Assembly: GCA_965227515.1 (NCBI GenBank)
Contig: CBDDFZ010000001.1
Span: 96,001 to 160,000, forward strand
Direction: 5' to 3'
DNA from: Alphaproteobacteria bacterium
GTDB taxonomy: Bacteria > Pseudomonadota > Alphaproteobacteria > CALKHQ01
Length of the DNA: 64,000 bases
The notes under the pieces were generated by a model that was given only the letters and a program-made list of their open reading frames with translations, did not search any database and had not been told where the DNA came from. Shown here piece after piece: positions 58,172 through 64,000 of the stretch. Made by a program: the position numbers and the translations under genes. Every line of letters starts with the position of its first letter. Position 1 is the first letter of the stretch.

Positions 58172-59182
58172 ATGTTCCACCAGACCCGCCTGAAGTCGGC
58201 CACCATGGGCCTGTTGATCGTGGCCGGCGTGGTCTACGGCGTGTCCACGGGGTTCTTCGGGCGGGAGATCCTGACCGAGGTGGCGATCCTGGCGATCCTC
58301 GCCATCAGCCTGGACCTCGTCGCCGGATATGGCGGCATGGTCTCGCTGTGCCATGGCGCGCTCTATGGCGTCGGTGCGTACGCATACGGTGCCAGCACCG
58401 CGCTCCTGGAATGGGGCACGGCGGCCGGCATGGCGATGGCGCTTGTCATCAGCACCCTGTTCGCCGCCGCGATCGGCGCGGTCACCGCGCGCACCCACGG
58501 CATCTTCTTCATCATGGCGTCGCTGGCGTTCGGGCAGATGGCGTACGTGTACCTGTTCGAGAGCCCTTATTTCGGCGGCACCGACGGCATTTTCGGCGTC
58601 ACCCGGCCCGACCTGAGCGGCATCGGGCTCGACCTCAACGACTCGCTGACGTTCGCGCTCGGCTGCCTGGCGATGGTGGTGGTCGCCTACGCTGTCGCCG
58701 CCTGGGTGCTGCGGTCGGGCTTCGGCCGCACGCTGGTGGGCATCCGCTCGAACGAGGAACGCATGCGCGCCGTCGGTCTGTCGGTATGGCGCCACAAGGC
58801 GGCAGCGTTCGCGATCTCCGGCGCGCTCGCCGGGCTGGCCGGCGCGCTGGCGGCCCAGCACACCATGTTCGTTTCCCCTGGCCTGCTGCACTGGACCGTT
58901 TCGGGCGAGGCACTGGTGCTGGTCATCCTGGGCGGCCTCGGCACCCTGGTCGGCGCGGTGCTGGGGGCGGCTGTGTTCGTGTTCCTGAAGCACGAGGTCT
59001 CCGGCCTGACCGACCACTGGCACATCGTCGTCGGCGCGGTGCTGATCGCGGTGGTGCTGAGCGGCGGCCGCGGCCTCTACGGCCAGCTTGAGCACTTGGT
59101 CGCGCGGCGCGCACGCCGGGCCGCCCAGCCGGCCCCGTCGGGCGACGACGAGGACCTCCACGCCGGGCCCCGCCATGCTTGA
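58172..59182 (+). CDS. Liv-type ABC permease (LivM-like)
   Basis: GYGGMVSL.HG, GGTDGI, S.FGR.L..IR.NE.R, ILGGLGT..GA. Confidence 0.9.
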   Translation: MFHQTRLKSATMGLLIVAGVVYGVSTGFFGREILTEVAILAILAISLDLVAGYGGMVSLCHGALYGVGAYAYGASTALLEWGTAAGMAMALVISTLFAAAIGAVTARTHGIFFIMASLAFGQMAYVYLFESPYFGGTDGIFGVTRPDLSGIGLDLNDSLTFALGCLAMVVVAYAVAAWVLRSGFGRTLVGIRSNEERMRAVGLSVWRHKAAAFAISGALAGLAGALAAQHTMFVSPGLLHWTVSGEALVLVILGGLGTLVGAVLGAAVFVFLKHEVSGLTDHWHIVVGAVLIAVVLSGGRGLYGQLEHLVARRARRAAQPAPSGDDEDLHAGPRHA

Positions 59183-59951
59183 GGCGCGCAACCTGACCAA
59201 GTCGTTCGGCGCGCTGGCGGTGACCGCCGGCGTCAGCCTGAGCATCGGCAAGGGCGAGCGCCGCGTCATCCTGGGGCCGAACGGTGCTGGCAAGACCACG
59301 CTCTTCAACCTGCTGGCCGGCACCCTGAAACCGGACGGCGGCGCCATCCTGCTCGACGGCCGCGATATCACCCGCCTGCGTGTGGATGCCCGCGCGCGCG
59401 CCGGGCTGGCCCGCAGCTACCAGAAGAACAACCTGTTCGCTGGCTTGAGCGTGCGCGAGAACCTGGCGCTCGCCGCCGCCATCGCCCAGGGCAAGTCGGC
59501 CGGCCTTGGCCGCGATACCCTGCGCGACCCCGAAATCATGTCCACGGTGGACGAGGTCACCGCCAGCGTCGGTCTCGGCGACTGGCTGGACCGCCCGGTC
59601 GATGCCGTGCCCTATGGCGCGCGGCGCCAGCTCGAGGTCGGGCTGGCGCTGGCCTGCCGCCCCCTGGTGCTGCTGATGGACGAGCCCACGTCGGGCTTCG
59701 GCCCCGGCGCCATCGACCGCTTCCACGGCGTCCTGCGCAGCCTGCCGGCCGACCTGACCCTGGTCGTCATCGAGCATGACATGGACCTGGCGTTCGACAT
59801 CGCCGACCGCATCACCGTGCTGAACTACGGCGAGGTGGTGTTCGACGGCACCCCCGATGCGGCGCGGACCAGTGCGCTGGTGCGCGAGATCTATCTCGGC
59901 ACCTGGGGCGAACCAGCGGGGGGCGAAGAAGCGGGCGGCGCGGATGCTTGA
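59175..59951 (+). CDS. Liv-type ABC ATP-binding protein (LivG-like)
   Basis: GPNGAGKTT, LLMDEPT, IEHDM, V...YLG. Confidence 0.9.
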   Translation: MLEARNLTKSFGALAVTAGVSLSIGKGERRVILGPNGAGKTTLFNLLAGTLKPDGGAILLDGRDITRLRVDARARAGLARSYQKNNLFAGLSVRENLALAAAIAQGKSAGLGRDTLRDPEIMSTVDEVTASVGLGDWLDRPVDAVPYGARRQLEVGLALACRPLVLLMDEPTSGFGPGAIDRFHGVLRSLPADLTLVVIEHDMDLAFDIADRITVLNYGEVVFDGTPDAARTSALVREIYLGTWGEPAGGEEAGGADA

Positions 59952-60645
59952 GGTCGCCAACCTGTTTGCCGGCTATGGCGAAACCCGGGTGCTGCACGGC
60001 CTGTCGCTCACCGTGCGGCAGGGGGAGGTCTATGCTGTCCTTGGGCGCAACGGCGCCGGCAAGACCACCACCTTGCGCGCGATCATGGGCCTGCTGCCGC
60101 CCGCGGACGGCGCCATCGTTCTGGACGGCCAGCGGCTGGTCGGGCTGAAGCCCTATGAAATCGCCACGCTGGGCGTCGCGTACGTGCCGGAGACGCGGGA
60201 CATCTTCCCCTCGCTGACCGTGCGCGAGAACCTGGAGCTTGCCGGCCGGCGTGCGGGGACGGGCGGACCGGCCTGGACGATGGACCGGGTGATCGAGTTC
60301 TTCCCGGCCCTCGCCGACCGGTTGAACAACGGCGGCACCCAATTGTCCGGCGGCGAGCAGCAGATGCTGGCGATCGGGCGGGCCTTGATGATGAACCCGA
60401 GACTGTTGATCCTGGACGAGCCCACCGAGGGTCTGGCCCCCATCATCGTGCGCCGCATCCACGACAAGCTGGCGGAACTGAAAGCGTCCGGCCTGACGCT
60501 GCTGCTGGTCGAACAGAATGTCGGGTTTGCCACGTCCCTGGCCGATAGCGTTCTTATCGTGGGCCGCGGTACTGCGGTTTGGAAGGGTCCATCACAAGAA
60601 ATCAAGAACGATTCCAATATACAGGCCCGTTGGCTGGGCGTTTGA
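59944..60645 (+). CDS. Liv-type ABC ATP-binding protein (LivF-like)
   Basis: GRNGAGKTT, LSGGEQQMLAIGRAL, LDEPTEGLAP, VEQN. Confidence 0.92.
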   Translation: MLEVANLFAGYGETRVLHGLSLTVRQGEVYAVLGRNGAGKTTTLRAIMGLLPPADGAIVLDGQRLVGLKPYEIATLGVAYVPETRDIFPSLTVRENLELAGRRAGTGGPAWTMDRVIEFFPALADRLNNGGTQLSGGEQQMLAIGRALMMNPRLLILDEPTEGLAPIIVRRIHDKLAELKASGLTLLLVEQNVGFATSLADSVLIVGRGTAVWKGPSQEIKNDSNIQARWLGV

Positions 60646-60845
60646 TACTGCCATTTGTTTGCAAAATCGGCCCGGTCGCCTTCGCCGGGCTGTCTAACCC
60701 TTAACTCCTACTCGATTTCCGATCAATGGTCCGAATTCAGGGTCTATTGGCAGTTGTGTGCTCAAAGTATGTGCATTGCGCGGTCGATGGCTGTGCAAAC
60801 TGATCAACCGACACATCACATCTTGGGCAGACAAGGAGACTGGGG

Positions 60846-61445
60846 ATGGCCCTGCGCCACATCGTATTTTCGACCACCTGTGCCGTTGCACTGACCGCCG
60901 GCGTGGTCATGCAGAGCGCCGGTGCGGCCAATGACGGCCCGCACGTCGCGCCGATCACCGCGTTCGCGCAGTCCGAACTTCAGGCGCTGCTGAGCGACGC
61001 CGTCGTTCTCGACGCCATCCGCGCGCAGAACGCCGAGACCGCCGGCATGGCCGAGGCCGACATCATCGTCCTGGACGAGGCCTGGCGGGCCGAGACCGCG
61101 GCACCCGCGCGCCCGATGATCGACGAGGTCCTGGCCAACCCGCTGTCCGTGCATCTGCGCGACTGGCAGCAGGGCCAGGCCGGCCTGGTGACCGAGGTCT
61201 TCGTCATGGACGGCGTCGGCCTGAACGTCGGCCAGAGCGACATGACCTCCGACTACTGGCAGGGTGACGAGGCCAAGTGGCAGAACACCTACCAGGCCGG
61301 TCCGGATGCGCTGTTCATCGACGAGATCGAGATGGACGAGTCCACCCAGACCTTCCAGTCGCAGGTGTCGGCTTCCATCGTCGACCCGGACACCGGCGAG
61401 GTGATTGGCGCCATCACCGTCGGCATCAACGTCGACGCGCTTTGA
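60846..61445 (+). CDS. Secreted stand-alone PDC/Cache-like sensor-domain protein
   Basis: Signal peptide and no further TM; [35 protein letters not shown]; AAGGAG upstream. Confidence 0.72.
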   Translation: MALRHIVFSTTCAVALTAGVVMQSAGAANDGPHVAPITAFAQSELQALLSDAVVLDAIRAQNAETAGMAEADIIVLDEAWRAETAAPARPMIDEVLANPLSVHLRDWQQGQAGLVTEVFVMDGVGLNVGQSDMTSDYWQGDEAKWQNTYQAGPDALFIDEIEMDESTQTFQSQVSASIVDPDTGEVIGAITVGINVDAL

Positions 61446-61605
61446 TTGCAGCGGTGCACGGACGGCGGGCCCCAAGGCCCGCCGTCTTGCGCGCTGTCCA
61501 CGCAGTCAGTTAGCCGGACCAAGACCAAAGCCGCGCCCAAGGCGCAGAATTCAATCCGCAACCGGTCCGGCTCGTTCAACGCTTGGGGTGCGTAAGGGTA
61601 GTTCG

Positions 61606-63297
61606 ATGACAGCTGATACTGAGATGACCGATACGCCAACTGCGACGCAGACAGAGCAGAAGGCAGCGCCGTCGAAGACGTCCACCGCGAGCGTCAGCCG
61701 CAGGGTCACCACCTGGACTATCGCGGCCATCGTCGCTTGCTTCGTCGCGATCGGCGCCTGGACCATCATTATCGAGCGCGAAGCTCTGACCGACGATGCA
61801 AAGGCGAGCTTTGCCGACATCAGCACGCTGCTGGCCGACGGTGCGGCGGGCGGCTTGCGTTGGAACAAGGCTGAAGCGGTCGAGCAGGTCTACGCACAGT
61901 TCGTCACCCGCGATGGCTCGATGATCGCCGGCCTGCGCGCCATCGGTATCGATGGCAGTGTCGTCGCCGCCTATGATTCCGAGACCCTTGCGGCCGCCGA
62001 TTTCGGCATGACCGCGAATTGGTTCGCTGAGATGGCCGAAGGCGGCACGGTCGACGGCGAGAACCACATCTACACCTTCACGCCCGCTGCCGACGCCGAA
62101 GGCACCGTCTTTGGCTGGCTGGCGATCGCCTGGAGCACCGATGCCATCGACGAGACGGTTACCGCGTCGATGATCAGTTCGGTCGTTGCACTGTCGATCG
62201 TCCTTGTCGTGATCAGCGCGGCACTGGCCCTCATACTGCGCGCGCAGATCGGCCGCCCGCTGGCCCGCATCACCGATGCCATGTCGCGGCTGGCCCGCAA
62301 CGAGCTGGACACCGAGGTCCCGGCGCTGGAGCGGCGGGACGATGTCGGCGCCATGGCGCGCGCGGTCCAGGTGTTCAAGGAGAACGCGCTGGAGATCGAC
62401 CACCTCAGGTCGGCACAGGCTGCCACGGAAGCCGAACGCGACGTGGAGCGAAAGACCCAAACCCGGCGGATGGCCGACGATCTCGACAGCTCGGTGAAGG
62501 CGGTCGTGACCCAGCTGGATCAGTCGATCCAGTCGATGGAAAGCGATGCGCGCCACCTCACCTCGATGGCCGAGCGCAATCTGGCCCAGGTCAGCGAGGC
62601 CGGCTCGGGCTCCAAGACGGCAGCGGGCAGCATGCAAGCGGTTGCCGGCGCCATTCAGCAGCTCAATGCGTCGACCGGCGACATCAGCCGCAAGGTCGGC
62701 GAGGCCGCCAACATCGCCAACGCCGCCGCCGACAACACCAAGGCGACCAACTCCCAGGTCGGCAAGCTGTCGGATTCGGCAAAGCGGATTGGCGACGTCG
62801 TCAGCCTGATTTCCGACATTGCCGAGCAGACCAACCTGCTGGCGCTGAATGCGACCATCGAAGCGGCGCGCGCCGGCGATGCCGGCAAGGGCTTCGCGGT
62901 CGTCGCCGCGGAGGTCAAGTCGCTGGCCAACCAGACCGCCCGCGCAACCCAGGATATCGGCGACCAGATCGCCGCCATTCAGGCGGAGACCGAGCATTCG
63001 GTGTCGGCGATCGAGAGCATCGCCGGTACGGTCGAGGACGTGCGCAGCATCGCGGGCGACATCGCGGAAGCGGTCAGCCAGCAGAACGCGGCGATCGAGG
63101 ACATCGTCCAGAACATCAACGAGGCCGCCAACAACACCAACCGCGTGTCCGACAGCATCGGCGAGGCGGCCGACATCGCCTCCGACACCGGTCAGTCGGC
63201 GGCAAGCCTGCTGGCGGTGGCGGGCGACCTGACCGACAAGTCGAACCACCTGCAGGATGTGGTCTCGAACATCGTTGCCACCCTGCGCGCGGCCTAG
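61606..63297 (+). CDS. Methyl-accepting chemotaxis protein
   Basis: Two TM helices, HAMP ([17 protein letters not shown]), [35 protein letters not shown]. Confidence 0.95.
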   Translation: MTADTEMTDTPTATQTEQKAAPSKTSTASVSRRVTTWTIAAIVACFVAIGAWTIIIEREALTDDAKASFADISTLLADGAAGGLRWNKAEAVEQVYAQFVTRDGSMIAGLRAIGIDGSVVAAYDSETLAAADFGMTANWFAEMAEGGTVDGENHIYTFTPAADAEGTVFGWLAIAWSTDAIDETVTASMISSVVALSIVLVVISAALALILRAQIGRPLARITDAMSRLARNELDTEVPALERRDDVGAMARAVQVFKENALEIDHLRSAQAATEAERDVERKTQTRRMADDLDSSVKAVVTQLDQSIQSMESDARHLTSMAERNLAQVSEAGSGSKTAAGSMQAVAGAIQQLNASTGDISRKVGEAANIANAAADNTKATNSQVGKLSDSAKRIGDVVSLISDIAEQTNLLALNATIEAARAGDAGKGFAVVAAEVKSLANQTARATQDIGDQIAAIQAETEHSVSAIESIAGTVEDVRSIAGDIAEAVSQQNAAIEDIVQNINEAANNTNRVSDSIGEAADIASDTGQSAASLLAVAGDLTDKSNHLQDVVSNIVATLRAA

Positions 63298-63436
63298 ATC
63301 GTTCTTCGCTGACGCTGAGTCGGCACCAGCCCCCAGCGCACGCCGGGGGAGCCATGATCGAGGGGATGGGTCCAACCGGGCCCGTCCCCTCCTGCGTTTT
63401 GGGCCGTGATCCGCCTGTACTGTGCCCCGGGCTGCA

Positions 63437-63838
63437 CTATGCCTTGGGGGCAGGCCGCTGCTTGCGGCTCAAGACCTCGCGAACACGGGTCCGCAGATCC
63501 TGGATCGATATCGGCTTGCAGAGGTAGCCGTCGCAACCCAGATCCTCCACCTCGCGGCGCATCGATAGCCGGTCGTCGGCGGTCACCACCACCACGGCCG
63601 GCTTGATGTCGAGGTTGGAGTTCATCCACCGCAGCACGTCCGTGCCGTTGAACTCGGGCATGTGGAGGTCCAGCAGCACGAGGTCGTAGAAACCGTCGTG
63701 CAGGCGATTCACCGCGTCGCGGCCATTGCTGGCCATGTCCGGTTCACTCGCGATCTCCATCCATTCCAGCGCAGCGCGCAAGACCGCAGCGTTGGTTGGA
63801 TTGTCATCAACAATCAATGTCTTGATATCGGCTTGCAT
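63437..63838 (-). CDS. Single-domain response regulator (receiver)
   Basis: LIVDDN, DLVLLDLHMPEFNG, VVVTA, YLCKP. Confidence 0.88.
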   Translation of the reverse strand: MQADIKTLIVDDNPTNAAVLRAALEWMEIASEPDMASNGRDAVNRLHDGFYDLVLLDLHMPEFNGTDVLRWMNSNLDIKPAVVVVTADDRLSMRREVEDLGCDGYLCKPISIQDLRTRVREVLSRKQRPAPKA

Positions 63839-64000
63839 GACACGATGCGGGCAGCCTGCACCGGTCGCCATACAGCGTCGGCCAGTTCCCTTGCCCGGAT
63901 TCCCCAATTCATGGTTGCGCTGCACGGCGCGGGCAATAGAGCCCTAATCAGACCACCAATGCCGCGTGTTCCATGTCTATGTCAATTGCTATTGCGGCTT

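Noticed and set aside
60650-60840. c-di-GMP riboswitch upstream of the sensor/MCP genes
   Set aside because: Only an isolated GCAAA; no GEMM two-hairpin architecture visible

Overview
GC-rich alphaproteobacterial chromosome segment (Rhodospirillales-like gene order; inferred from synteny only). Bases 1-27000 are core housekeeping: rimI, mucR/ros, fur, olsB/olsA-like acyltransferases, miaB-phoH-ybeY-corC-lnt, XRE regulator-metK-trmB, rimP-nusA-ylxR-infB-rbfA-truB-rpsO-pnp, pyrE, proA-nadD-rsfS-rlmH. Bases 27000-64000 are accessory. The strongest signal is an apparently intact IS1111-type (IS110 family) element inserted into a GTAG-REP palindrome. Its ~260-nt non-coding right end carries four short segments matching its own target and donor junctions, i.e. 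a bridge/seek RNA whose programming can be read from the sequence. Also present: a guanidine-utilisation operon (NtrC-like boxes, sigma-54 promoter, guanidine-I riboswitch, ABC importer, GdmH-like hydrolase, uncharacterised His-rich protein), a MarR pair with two perfect operators, an RTX protein, a BMP-type ABC transporter, a split box (aerobic benzoyl-CoA) cluster with a Liv-type importer, a stand-alone secreted sensor-like domain next to a chemoreceptor, and several families of palindromic intergenic repeats. No rRNA, tRNA or CRISPR array was seen. All calls come from reading the sequence by eye; no searches were run, and start codons are best estimates.
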